DNA of 41,553 nucleotides, taken from NCBI RefSeq assembly GCF_001194135.2, contig NC_068995.1, positions 38,259,572 to 38,301,124 of the forward strand, in the 5' to 3' direction. A program made the translations under genes and the position numbers. The notes beneath the pieces are model-generated. The model did no database searches, was not told where the DNA came from, and saw only the letters and a list, made by a program, of their open reading frames with translations. This DNA comes from Octopus bimaculoides. Its lineage: Eukaryota. This document shows positions 12,421 to 25,385 of the stretch, piece after piece. The stretch's first letter is position 1, and the number at the start of each line of letters is the position of its first letter.

Positions 12421-13408
12421 CATACACCGAGAGCTCTGTGGCTAGAGTGAATAGTCACATATACGAATCGTTTGATATCATACAGTAAATATCTTAATGC
12501 ACTCTCTCATCCCATCTGTAAGTACTGACGGTTGAGGCGTTACTGTTCTCACTAGAAACATGGAGAATCATCTGGCGTAAAGTAAAATGCGAGTTAATCG
12601 TACTGCCTTACATGGATGCCATTATCTCAATTTATTGATGCCAGTCACATACAAGTGATCGAAACTGTTCTCAGAGACGATGAGCAAACATCAACCAATA
12701 CAAAAATCAGTGGGCTCGCAAATCGGCGCCTATCCCTTTGAATAGCGTTGTGAGTCGCAGGAGTGATGATAATTAGGAACTCTATTCTGGAAATATGTAG
12801 TGATTTATAACCTACGTTTTGGGTGAGCCGAGAAACAAACTGTACAGACCTATATTGGTAACATCCTTCCTGACTCTGCCGATAAGTAAAAAGAAAACAA
12901 TATCGTTTCTCATTTCTATTATGTGTTCAAAGCAACTACTACGTAAACATCGACATTCTAAAATCCTCAATATTTTATTATAATATTTGCTTTCTTGATA
13001 CTGGACAGTTGTGTATTGCGTGTAGCTAATTTACGACAAATATCTGATAAGCAGGATTAATATTGTAGAGAGAGAAACATCGAAGATTTATCATGCTTAT
13101 TTGAAAATACCGAACGTTAGGAAATTAAGAACGGAAGCTATGATACAGGAACACGCAATTAGAGATAGCGTGACACTTTGGTACTGATGCTGAAGTTCAT
13201 CAAATTGTCGACTACTAATGTCTGATTGATTGGAACACGAAAGCCATATCCGATGGCGTTAAATAAAAGATTTTAGCATATTTTCACTTAATTTTGGCTT
13301 GAAATACTATATTTTTACTTATTTATTGGTGACTATTAAATATAGAGGAATAAATAATGTCTTATCAGTATCATTCAGATTATAAAATAAGAAAGTTGTT
13401 GAGAGAAT

Positions 13409-13544
13409 GAATGTGTTAGTGTTAAGAATGTGTTAGTGTTAAGAATGTGTTAGTGTTAAGAATGTGTTAGTGTTAAGAATGTGTTAGTGTTAAGAATGTG
13501 TTAGTGTTAAGAATGTGTTAGTGTTAAGAATGTGTTAGTGATAA
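13409..13544. repeat. 17-bp minisatellite (GAATGTGTTAGTGTTAA) x8
   Basis: Seven perfect units plus an eighth with one substitution. Confidence 0.95.
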
Positions 13545-15195
13545 GATATGTCAAGGTATGATTGCGGGGCATAATGCATGATTAATAAGCTGACAAATAC
13601 TAGAAATAACTCAACGGGAACAACAAAGAAAATAGTGATGCCAGGTGTAGTTTTTGTTTGAAGACCGTTATATCATGACATTGATTCTCGGAACAGTGGC
13701 ATACTGCTTGGTACTCCATTATGAAGTGTTTTATTCCACTCAAATGTTTAATAGAATCAGCAGCATTGGTTGAAGATAGACACACGAAGGATGTAAGCCT
13801 TCCAGTATAGTGCTGCACGTTTAATCGATTAAACGCCAAACACGCTGAGCTACATTCCCAACTAATGCAATTGTATGCTTGAAGCAAACTTTATAAAGAA
13901 ACTTATGGAACAGTTGTATGATGATGCGCATTGTTTGGAAACATAAGTGGATATAACACATTACAATAACCAATGAAACATATAATTCCATTTTATACCA
14001 ATTTGACGTTTCTTAATATGCAATTGCATAAAATTACTGATTAGATAACGAAAACATACTAGCAGATCTAGATGGGCGAGAAAGCTATCGGAAAACGGAC
14101 AACCTGACACGATTCTTATAACATATTGCTAAAACATGAGCTGCGAGAAAAATGAAAATTATAGCAATTGAACCAGAATATTTATCTCGCATAATGATGT
14201 ATTCAATCGAATGGGATATAGTCGTTCGGTTTTTTTTTTACGAGCTTGCTTTGTAAGCTGGTTTTGATAAAACACCATATTGCATGCAGATTCCGTCAAG
14301 CTGGTGTTTATTGGCAAAATATTTCATGAACGACACTTTTTAACAAAAGGAATGACGTATCTCTACCTGGGTACCGAAATAGCTTTAAGTTTCAATTATT
14401 ATTCGTGTAGATGTTTATGCTTTCAGTTTCACATGAACGACAAATATGTAAATCGAAACTCTGATCGAGGGAGCAACAAATTAAATAGAAACTCTATAAG
14501 ACATGTATTCAGTATATGTGAAATTTCGTAAATGTGTCCTTTATAATTGCCTTCACTTTCTGCTAACTGTATTGATTTGGAGTTGTTGTTTTTATATTCC
14601 ATAAAAGCATAGCATTATATTCTAATAATCAGTGCCGACTCAGGCTGAAGTGGTAATTATTTAACTACTGTAAATGCGACACAAAGCACGAAACATTTAC
14701 ACCAACTAGAACTGACTGCTCTTTTGATGTCCCACTACTCTGTCTGCATTTGTATGATATGCTACCTTTAATAGTTACACATATGTCAGGTTTCGACCTC
14801 GGTTGTTCTTCCTTTTTAATCAAAAGTAGCTGTTGATCTACCAGGCCTAAGTGTAAAAAAATTTGGGCATAACCATAGTAAAATTTTAGTTTAGATATAT
14901 TAGATTATAAATACATCATGTAGTCTGTTCGTTTATTTTTAAGATGCCAGAGTGTGGTTTGAGAGAGACTTCATTAATATTTTTAGAATTATCGCGGTAC
15001 CGATGACATGAAAAATATAGATGCAAGAGGAAAATTTACTTCATTTATATAACTTCTCTTCTTTCTAAATGTTCTATGAAAACACATGCCATAGTCGCTT
15101 GTCAATTTAGGCAGCCTGCCTAAACAGGAAATGCCTTCATTTCTGAACATCAGCTAAGTCAAAATATGTGGAGATAATAATATTCTTCCACTTAG

Positions 15196-15289
15196 CGAAG
15201 ACGTCAAGAAGACGTTTAATTGAAAGAGAACCCAGTTATGAATACGATAAAAAGAAAACAAAACTGAATTCCAAAGTAAATATGAAAAG
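15196..15289 (+). CDS. Candidate internal exon of an unidentified gene (KTSRRRLIEREPSYEYDKKKTKLNSKVNMK)
   Basis: Acceptor TATTCTTCCACTTAG, donor GTTAGT, open frame. No homology recognised. Confidence 0.25.
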
Positions 15290-15777
15290 GTTAGTGGAAA
15301 TGTATAATGTCCTGCGTAAATTCATAGTAATACATCTATGTAAAATGACGACAAATTCATGCAATTTCCTATATATTTACTTTTTTATATGATATATACG
15401 TGTAGTAGAAATACTTCATTGTAATTTTGATATGTCAGGATTTGTATATGTTTTTGATGACTTGCGCTGCGCTTGATTTTAAACACCCTGATTTTTAGAA
15501 TTATTCATTGTGAAATACTTCTCATTCATGTTTTCTACACTTAACGACTCTAATATGCAATAGTGAAATAAGTCAGTCGTATAGCATAAAGGTTTAAGAG
15601 GGATGTGCCGCATTTTCGTGCTAATCTATCAACCCACTACGTATCTTCGTTTCCTTTACCTTATATCCACTTAGAGATTTGTTGCATAGACAGGATTTTC
15701 AATTATTATATCAAACAAAAGCCATTTTCATCGTTTTCCATTCTGTTTGGCATTGGAAAAGTATCAGCCTAATCTAC

Positions 15778-15975
15778 GTGGGGTTGCTGAAAAGCTCTTG
15801 GCGTTGTGTAAAAGTAAATACAGGAGGATCAGATTATTATAATTATATTTAACATATTCCACTCTCAGATACACATTGCGCTGGTGCTTCAGTTTTTCTA
15901 AGCCCTGTAAAAGGACTCGAAAGGTTGAGCCTGCAACCAGGCCTTTCGCAATGCCATTAAACCCAGAAACATTTC
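15778..15975. mobile_element. Mariner-like terminal fragment
   Basis: Begins TACGTGGGGTTGCTGAAAAG, similar to the TAyGAGGGG...GAAAAGT mariner TIR type also seen at 19308. No partner TIR was found. Confidence 0.4.
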
Positions 15976-17580
15976 ATCACACCATCGTATATAAAGTTAG
16001 CAATTTTCCCTTCAGCTCACACCATGTATATTGGAACAAAAAAAATACAAAATCTTTGAACAATTCACTGAAAAAGAATCCTAACTTTTGTTTACATAGT
16101 TTAATGAAATATGGTTGCATATTCTTGGTGCTTCTTTTATCAAAATAGTATTAATTCCTTGGGTTTTGACTAATGTCAACATCTACAAAATAGTTTGGTT
16201 TTAGCCAGGACCAACAACTGATAATTACGAAATGAATGCACAGAAGATTCTTTACAATTGTAAAATATCAGTGTAATGTGCAACGAAACAAAAATATATT
16301 AAGTTAATGTAAAGATTTCGTTTCATTAATCAAATACTCGTTTCTAATATACATATAATATACATATAAAATCTTCAGTATCTGTACAGAATCTATAAGT
16401 TGCAAGACATTGTTAGAATATATTTCACCTTTTCAAAGTAATTCTTTTACCATAAATATAGATAGATGAATGTTGCACCACATAGGAGCTAGCATTTTTG
16501 ATTGGTCTTCTTATCTCGTTCACGAATGATGAAAAATTGTCTATTTTAGCATATTGAATATATAGTGTGTAGTACTGCCGATTCAAATGATTACATTTAT
16601 TACTTTGTTCATTAGAAAAGAAGAGAAACGTGAAACAGCATCATATTCTAACATACTGAAAAGAGTTTTGTTATATGTATATAATGAATATTCTTCAAGT
16701 CTTTAAAAAATATACAGCTCTAAATGAGTATTCCTTATGAAAATAGTAAATCTTTATTTTATCAAATGTTTATGTGAACACTTAAAATTCATAGCGTAGA
16801 ATGGCATGGAAATCTCCATTCAATGCTGTTCAATTTTAATATAGATTTAATATATTTTTGTTTAATAAATGGTGTTCTGTAGAAATAAATTGTACTACTG
16901 CTTATTTCCTGATATTTTTTTTATTTCCCATGATATTTTTTAATTGGGTAATTCATAAGTTGAGTTGATACAACTCAACTACAAAATGAATTTAATCAGG
17001 AACAAAGTTGTTCGAGTGTGTGTTAATTATATTGGCATTATGTCTCTCCCTGGACACAACAAAGTCATTCCTAATTTTTGAACATTTGCGTGAAAAGTCC
17101 TCTGTGGAACAAACCTGATGAACATTCACACATTCTGATCAGTGAATATAGGTGTACGTCTAATTTGAAGTGAAAAAGTAAAACGTAAAATACAAGCCAC
17201 AGTAATATGTTTCCACTCGTTTAGTTTTATGTTCGTTCCCTGCAAATCCATTTCATTTACAAATACACAAGTATACATCTTTTATGTATATATGTGTGCG
17301 TGTACGTATGCATGTGAAAGAGAGAGTGAATGATTGTATTTCCTCATAACGTGTAGAGAAATGGGTAACTTCTAACGTACACACATGTATAGCAAACGGG
17401 GCGTCGTCGTCGTTGTCGTCGTGGTATAAAATATTTACGGTAGTTGAATTATAGAAAATATTATAATGCGAAATTGTTGCAATGCAAATAAAGTTTATTT
17501 AGTAGTCGTAAGTTTACTGAATCTTTTGACACCGCATCCTTCAAAATCGGCAACTCAATTTTCGAATGCATAAGGAAGGT

Positions 17581-17693
<113 letters not shown>

Positions 17694-18129
17694 TTTATAT
17701 ATATGTATATATGTGGATGTGTCTCTGTCATTCTCTCTCCCTCTCATATCCCCTGTATCTCTATCACTTCCTGTCTCCTCCCCTTCCCTAGTATCAGCCA
17801 CCCACATTGTACCACATTTCCCTGAACCTATACTATTGCACCCCTCTCATTTTATCATATAACAGTCCAACCCCCGTATTCGGTCAATTATCAATTTTTA
17901 TTGAAATCTGATTAGTTTATAATTTAACTAGATGGTAGTTCAACATGTACACAACGTTTGGTGAAGATTGTTTCGATAATTTAGTCGGCAAGATGGTAAC
18001 AGACAGACGGAAAGACGGTTAGATGCACAAAAATTGCTATTTATATATAAGATACATGCACATACAAACACACACACATATATAGATACATACATACATA
18101 TACACACAGACACACGCACACATATGTAA

Positions 18130-18730
18130 ATCCAGATATGATCTCTTAACGAGATTCCCATCATCGATCTTTCCATGGCTTCCTGTGCCGTAAGCAGATG
18201 TTGTTCTTCACTCTTCGTCAAGCCCCACGTTCCACAAGTACATAACATTGCAGGTGAGACTGTATTGTTGAAGAGATTAACGATTGTTGCCTTGTCTAGG
18301 TTCGCCTTCAGCACAGCCTTCACCGTGTTCAATGGTCTCACTCCTGTACTTACCCTTTGCGAGAACTCATTCTCCAGCTCTCGATTCTTTGTCACTTCTT
18401 CACAGAGATACACTTAGCAGCTCGACACTTCTATTTCATTGGCTTTGATTGTGAAGCAACCGATCGCTACGCCCTCAGACAGCATGTACTTCGTTTTCGT
18501 ACTCCCACGCAAAGTGACGATGGAGCGGACATGTCGCAAGGTTCACAGAAAACCGATGGACCCACGTGAACGGACTATACCACTCGGAAGTACACTTAGG
18601 TGGGAAGGTGATTTGATGTTTGGAACAACGTGGAAGAGAATGGTGAGATCACGTGGGGAACGGAGCGAATGCTATGGCCAGCGGAGACGATTGGGCACCA
18701 GGCAGCTTTGGCGATCCAGTCGTCCAAGTG
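18130..18730. mobile_element. RTE-clade LINE 3' end with inverted 5' segment (18130-18497 minus; 18512-18730 plus)
   Basis: Minus strand: KTKYML...IEVSSC*VYLCEEV...LFNNTVSPAMLCTCGTWGLTKSEEQHLLTAQEAMERSMMGISLRDHI. Plus strand: K*RWSGHVARFTENRWT...RWEGDL. These are consecutive parts of the RTE RT C-terminus. Confidence 0.85.
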
Positions 18731-18885
18731 ATATATATANNNNNNNNNNNNNNNNNNATATATATATATATATATATATATATACCGGTGTAAGCACATA
18801 TATGCGAAACAAGGTGGGAAAATAGTACTAGAATATCAGAGGTAGGGTCATAAGCTTTATTAAAAAGCAGCAAAAATATCACAAA

Positions 18886-18927
18886 AACTGTTGCTCAGAG
18901 TTTCACGTTCCCGTTCGTCGGAGAGTT
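18886..18927 (-). ncRNA. Minimal type I hammerhead-like motif (variant/degenerate core)
   Basis: AACTCT-CCGACGA-ACG[GGAA]CGT-GAAA-CTCTGAG-CA-ACAGTT. Stem I is 5/6 bp and stem II 3 bp. Core shows U4>C and a GCA triplet instead of GUH. Confidence 0.55.
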
Positions 18928-19307
18928 TTGTTTAGAATGGAGAAAGACAAAGTTGTATGCAGAAATGCAATTACTTTGATAGATACACATTTGAAATTGG
19001 TTTTGTTTCATTGGTTCTGACAACTAAGGGTCTTTTCAATAACCGGTTGTATGAAATAATGAACTGCAGTTTAAATTCATATTATTATAAACATGGAAAA
19101 AAGCCTTAAATCAAAAATAGCTAATAAAGAACAAAAAGGCTTGAATACACACTGTAAATAATTAGCTATAAAAATAATAATAAATTAATAAATTAAAAGA
19201 TATATCCGTTTAAAATAATCTTCACACAACATGTACACATAGCAAACAATCTATAATATACGTATATACTCTAAACATACATATGCAGGTACATGACTAC
19301 ATACATA

Positions 19308-19449
19308 TAGAGGGGTGTATGAAAAGTCATTAGCCCCCCCCCCCAAAAAAAAAGAAAACGCAAAACATGGTACAAAACCTCTGATGAAGGTATAAGACTT
19401 CAAGGTTCAAAGGACTTAGAGACTCAAAACTTTAGATACACTCCTCGTA
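19308..19449. mobile_element. Mariner-type MITE
   Basis: Left TA-GAGGGGTGTATGAAAAGT vs right (reverse complement) TACGAGGAGTGTATCTAAAGT, with TA ends. Confidence 0.65.
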
Positions 19450-20282
19450 AATATATACAAATGCATATATATGTATGGACGCACACACACACACACACAC
19501 ACACGCACGCGCACGAAATCACCTAGTGTATGCTAATACAAGTTAGTTGTTACAGGCGAAAGAAAGAAAAGGAAAAAAAAATCAGAGAAAAACAAGTGGA
19601 GGAGGGAAGAAAAAAAAGTGGGGGAAAGAAGAAAAGAAATAAAAGTAAGACAAAACAGAAAATTAGAGAGAGAACGAGCAAAAAGAGATAGAAGTAGAGA
19701 GAGTGAAATGATGGTGATTGAATAAGTATCTAACGAAGCTTAGATACGCTCACATAATATTACATGTATATCTACAAAAATACAAACATACATACAAATA
19801 CACGCACTTAGAGACACCATACAACTATACACAAAATTATGCACGCAAATACATGCCTACATATATAAATTGTATATACACATATGCATACACATATAAA
19901 TATATTAAATAATAACCTTAGCCGTATACTACGGCTTCCATGGAAACACAGGAACTAACCTGCAGGCTATAAATTAGTGTCACATAGGTCGAATTAACTA
20001 CACCGGATATCCCTAATAGTGATGAATATCTCAGATTACACCGGCGGTCAACTAGCAATTAGCACCAGAGGTTAGAACCTACGACACGTGAAATTATGAA
20101 ACTAAATAATTATAAGACCTTAGATTTAACTAACTCTCTTCTCTTCTATCCTCCAACTGATGTATGGAATTATGGATCTCGCTAAAATGTAACACTATTG
20201 AATTAACGAACATTTTATTTTTTTCCTTTCCTTTCCTTACATCTTCTTCCTACTTCCTTCTATTTATCTTTGCCATACAATC

Positions 20283-20359
20283 GTTCTGATGATGTCTATC
20301 TATTGCAACTAGGTAAATGTAAATTTACTCCAGCTTCATATACTGAAACAGCTGTAAAC
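20283..20359 (+). ncRNA. Type I hammerhead ribozyme motif with canonical core
   Basis: Stem I GTT/AAC, core CTGATGA (20286-20292), stem II TGTCTAT/ATATACT (5/7), GAAA (20345-20348), palindromic stem III CAGCTG (20349-20354), triplet GUA. Confidence 0.6.
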
Positions 20360-20779
20360 ATACTCTCATCGTTATTAAATGACTTTAAAACACCAATGAT
20401 CTACTTCTAACTATTATTATTACTCCATTTCTTTTCGTTTTTTATATATTTTAAACCACGGTTTTACCGTTTAAATTATCTATTACCGTATACCTTATAA
20501 AAAGACCATACATACTGAAATAATAGTGCCTTTGGATATATCTATCTCATAGATGGTTACATTGCTCCTAACTTATATCCTATACACATATACACACGCA
20601 TATACATATACATATACTATGAATTTAAACTGCAGTTAGTTATTTCATACAACCGGTTAGTTGAAAGGACCAATGAAACAAAACCAATTTCAAATGTGTA
20701 TCTATCAAAGTATTTGGATTTCTGCATATAACTTGCACCATTTGGATTTTCTGCATATATCTTGCACCATTCTAAACAA

Positions 20780-20819
20780 AACAGTCCGACGAACGGAAAC
20801 GTGAAACTCTGAGCAACAG
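20780..20819 (+). ncRNA. Minimal type I hammerhead-like motif (degenerate)
   Basis: CCGACGA-ACG[GAAA]CGT-GAAA-CTCTGAG-CA-ACAG. Mirror copy of 18886-18927; stem I is disrupted. Confidence 0.5.
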
Positions 20820-20849
20820 ATTTGTGATATTTTTGCTGCTTTTAAATAA

Positions 20850-21943
20850 TATATATATAGAGAGACTGGAGATATTAGGATGACGTCGACTGAAGCTTCA
20901 AATATTTCACTGGTCATAATGTACACAAGTTGCAAAACATTGATCAAAAGTACGTACCTAAGAATAATGAAGCATATTATGTTACATGCGCTAGTTATTA
21001 TAATTCATGTTGTAGGACTGCAAGAAATGACTGTGCTTCATGGAGTACGTGTAGTGCTATTTATTCCATCTATTATTCTCACCGGAATCAACTTCCATTT
21101 TCATCTTTTCTAGTTTAGAAAATGCCTAGTTTATTTCTTCCATCTCTTATTGTCCCAAAAACCAGCTTCGCTTTTCATCTTTTCATGTCAAGGAAAATGT
21201 GCCAAGAAAATCGTATATATCAGCAGCATTGAATGCGTCCATCAGATTTCTGGCTTCTTCGTATGGGATATTATTATCTATTGATATTTTTTTATTTAGA
21301 AGAAAATAATTTATTAAACAAGACGTAACATCGAACAACAATTATCTCTGTAGATGTTCAGTCCAATCCCGCTGCTATCTATTCTGATTTATCGGAGTGA
21401 TTCCATTCAGTAATAGACTTTCCGTATTCTACATGTTAATTTAGTTCATATTTCAAGTAGATTTGTAGAAGTAGTGCACTATTGAATAAATTATATAACT
21501 TCACGCTATTACGCCGATGTTTGACGTTTAGACAATGATACTTAATGGATATATAGCAGGCTTTCTTCCGTTTTTATTAATGCAGGACTGAAATATTGCT
21601 GAAAAATAGCATCACTTGTGTCTTATTTACCAGTATCTTGAAATCTAATGTTTCGAAAACAATGTGCAAAACCTTCCTATAATTAAACCATAGCATTTTG
21701 TGTATTATGCATAATATATCTGTCAATTTGTGTGAATATGGTGGTGATGGTCAGTGTTAATGTATATGCCAATGACAAATCACAGTGAATAGACCTATGA
21801 TGAAAGCCGTTCCCACTGCAGCAATCTTGTCCTTTTTGTAAGATAGAGTACCTTGGGGTCTGTTTTATAATGTGGATAGCTTCTTATGTCCGTAATAAAT
21901 AGATAGATATACAGACAATACGTTAGTAGTTCCTATGGCCGAG

Positions 21944-22003
<60 letters not shown>

Positions 22004-23175
22004 CAGTACATCATATAGTGTGGTAATATTTAAGAGGTTGTTTGTTATAGACGCCAGACAATGATCATTGGTTTCGCACTATAAAACCCTTAGCTGTATA
22101 GGTGACACGTCAGACTCTCTAGACCTATTCTAAGGAAATGGTCAGGGTCAGTTAATTTTGTAAACAAAAGTTTCCGGAACGAAACTCTACTTGCAAAACC
22201 TTAAGCGAAGCTGAGTTATCCTCCATATATCTGTTCTAACGATGTCTACCACTCTTTCTAATGATGTCTGAAGATGGTAGCTTTTCCCTATCCGGCAAAT
22301 GAGCAATTGCATGTTTCAACATGAATTCCTCTAGTGAGGGCACAGACTAAACATCAATTTCTTGCATTCTAAAAAGGTACCCGGGTCAACTGAGATTTTC
22401 AAGAATCTTTCACTTTCAGCTGAGCAAAGCATACATCTTTTACTCCCGTTGAGTTATGGCTCCGGTTGTTCTAGGAACCTCAGTTTAATTATGTATGGCG
22501 TCACCTCTTTTACAGGCCATACGTTTTTGGCCACAGACGTGATGTCGCGCCGCTCTGGTATCCTACATGAGAACCTGTGAATGCTTGAAAGGGCCGCATG
22601 AAGTGCATGTACCCTTGACCTGACGGTGTTACAGCTGAGTTATTTATGTTGTTTACACAACCGCTGCTGTTGCTGCGGCCGCTGTCATTCATACTACCGC
22701 TGATGTTGTTGCTGCTTCTTCTCTTTGTATCCCTGCCTTTTTTGCTGTTATTGCTGGATGTGACTTTGGCAGCGCAGTTACCGTTAACAAGACTTCTGTT
22801 GCTACCAAATGACGGACATATAGTTGGTGCTGTTGTTGTTGTTTGTCTCTTTATTCGTTGGTTCAGAGCTTTAAAAGTATTACTGAGAACCTCTAAACCA
22901 CGGGAAGAGGCAGGATGTTCATGCGGGGGTAGCAATGAGTGTTTGTTGTTGTTGGTGGTAATGGAGTTAATACAAATCCAATGATGTATTGTATGTGGTG
23001 AAGGTGGTGATTGGTTCTGGTGATTGGTTCTGGTGATTGGTTCTGGTGATAGCAGTGGTGGCGTTGGCAGCAAGAAAAGCGACGGCACTAAGAACAATAA
23101 CAACAGCAGCGACAGTGATTGAAACGGCACCGGTGGGTGAACCAACAGCGCGTCAAACAGCAGCAGTAATAGCAA
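20850..23175 (-). mobile_element. Possible heavily decayed non-LTR retrotransposon (low-complexity ORF1-like region, then pol-like remnants)
   Basis: ORF 22510-23175 is N/S/T-rich. It is followed by stop-interrupted protein-like stretches (RDITSVAKNVWPVKEVTPYIIKLRFLEQ; MEEIN*AFSKLEKMK, weakly like the EEI..A...K.PG pre-RT motif). Weak evidence. Confidence 0.3.
21945..22002. repeat. (GATA)n microsatellite
   Basis: Read directly from the sequence. Confidence 0.95.
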
Positions 23176-23345
23176 CAGCTACAAAACTAACTTGAAAGAA
23201 GGCAGCGTCGACAGAAAGCAATATGCTATGTTTTAGAGCCATGTAGAAGAGAGTAAGCTGTGCTGCGATAATTTATATTTTTGTGGCCATGCAGATTATA
23301 TATATATATATATATATATATATGGAGAGACGGACATGCCTTCAG

Positions 23346-23376
<31 letters not shown>

Positions 23377-23795
23377 GATAGATAGATAGATAGGTAGATC
23401 ATTATCAAAATTATAATTAAGGAAGTACCAAAAATCGATAAATGACAAGAGTTAAATTATAGACCATAAATATTTTATTGATATATACATTAACCAAATC
23501 TCTCATATGATATAGATGTTCCTGCAAAACCTTTCAATGATACTTTACACTTAATGTGGACAACCTTTATACAAAATACACATAAATTCCGTTATATACA
23601 TGTCCTGAATTTTCCCACCCTTTTATATAGCATAAGAAACGTATTGGGAGATATTAAGCAATTATATTAGACACAATTATACTAGTTTGAACATGCTATA
23701 AAAGTCTAAAGAGGCAATATGGATGTATTTGCTTTATGCAGTTATTTTAAAATGCAACATTTTAGATATAATTACTTAAGTGTACCTTTCTACAT

Positions 23796-24103
23796 GTGAA
23801 GGCGCGTGGCTTCGTGGTTAACGATACTCGGCATCGTAAGGTCATGTGTTTGATTCCCGGCAGAAATTCGTGAACTTGAGCAAGATAATTTATTTCACGT
23901 TGCTCCAGTCTACTAAATTGGCATAAATAAGTTATATCTGTGTTTGAAAGGTCAAACTTTGTCACGGTAAGTCTCCTTGAGAACAACGTTAAAGTTGTAC
24001 TTGTCTCTGCATTGCTCGCCACTTGTACGTTAATTTGCACGTGCAGGCAGTTACGATGATCAGATCAACAGAACACTCGTCGTCGTAACTGACGGAATGC
24101 CAG
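23796..24103 (+). mobile_element. tRNA-derived SINE (family of 130-456)
   Basis: GTGAAGGCGCGTGG head, A-box TGGCTTCGTGG, B-box GTTTGATTCCC (23848-23858), and shared TTTATTTCACGTTGCT. Confidence 0.75.
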
Positions 24104-24957
24104 TTCAATTATCATTTTGTATGATTCTAATTTGCTACAGAGATAAAAAAAAATTAATTGAACGCCTGATAAAATTACTTCCTTGTTTTGGTTACCTTCA
24201 TTTGTTTTTACTGTTTAGATCATTAAAGAGACGATTGATTGAGTAAAAATATCCTTAAAAAGAGCAATATTATCCAACAATGCTTTCTATTTTAGAATTT
24301 TCCGTCGATCCTCAAACATCTGGCATTGAGACGTTGAAGTTTTCTCATCGTAGTTACCTTTAAGAAGTAGCAGTAGTATTTATGCCGGGAAGGATTGGGT
24401 TGTCTTATATATAAGATTCTTGAATTTTTCATATGTATTAAAAAAAAATGGAGTATGGAATGCAATGCTGAAATAAATTGTGGAATCTATACCTTTCAAT
24501 TTCTCATTTTGGAATACTAGGCTGAAATATGTGCGTTTATTTTTGTTAATATTATTGAATACTACAAATCTTAACTAAATAGTTTTCAGTTGAAGACGAC
24601 ATATAGATATCTCGAACACTTACACACGACTCTTGACATATAATGTTTATATTACGACACCCATAAATTTCAAAGAAGAAAAAGATAGTTGCCTTAAATA
24701 TCTTTATTTCTATCTATAGAAGATTACGCAACACGGAATTCCTTATATCATCCGAAATATATTTCCTTTTAATAACTGTAATCAATAGAACATCCAATTA
24801 TGTTCAACACAGTTATAAATTGTATTCCTATATATGAACCGAAAGCGAGAAATATCTTTTATTAAATACTTATAACTTCAATCATATTGATTCACGTCAG
24901 TGAATTTGGATTTCTTCAAATATTAGATTTTCTTTAACTCTTAATCGCAGCTGAGAT

Positions 24958-25170
24958 TTACTTTTTTTTACTTGTTTCAGGCATTTCAATGCGGCCATGC
25001 TGGAGCACCACCTTTAATCGAGCAAATCGACCACAGAGCTTATTCTTTGTAAGTCTAGTACTTATTCTATCGGTGTCTTTTATCGAACCTCTAAGTTACG
25101 GGGATGTAAACACACCAGCATCGGTTTTCGAGCGATGTTGGCGGGGACAAACACAGACACATAAACATAT

Positions 25171-25205
<35 letters not shown>

Positions 25206-25385
25206 CACACACACACATATATATATATATATATGTATATATATANNNNNNNNNNCTACCAGTTTCCGTCTACCAAATCCGCTCACAAGGCTTTGGTCGG
25301 CCCGAGGCTATAGTAGAAGATACTTGCCCAAGGTGCCACGCAATGGGACTGAATCCAGGACCATGTGGTTGGTAAGCAAGCTACT
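24958..25385 (-). mobile_element. SINE (family of 4116), with internal (CA)n/(TA)n
   Basis: Reverse complement of the 4116-4452 family, e.g. CTTATTCTTTGTAAGTCTAGTACTTATT and CCGTCTACCAAATCCGCTCACAAG. Confidence 0.8.

Larger units (their letters stand above)
18858..20848. repeat. Inverted pair of ~225-bp PLE pseudo-LTR-like repeats (18858-19081 and 20618-20848)
   Basis: Reverse-complement match, e.g. TTTGATAGATACACATTTGAAATTGGTTTTGTTTCATTGG and AAAAGCAGCAAAAATATCAC. Each arm carries a hammerhead-like motif. The right arm has an internal ~28-bp tandem duplication. Confidence 0.85.

Noticed and set aside
13409-13544. CRISPR-like array
   Set aside because: Head-to-tail repeats with no spacers, in a eukaryotic context.
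19381-19440. CTGATGA core-like heptamer
   Set aside because: It lies inside a mariner MITE and has no GAAA or stem III.
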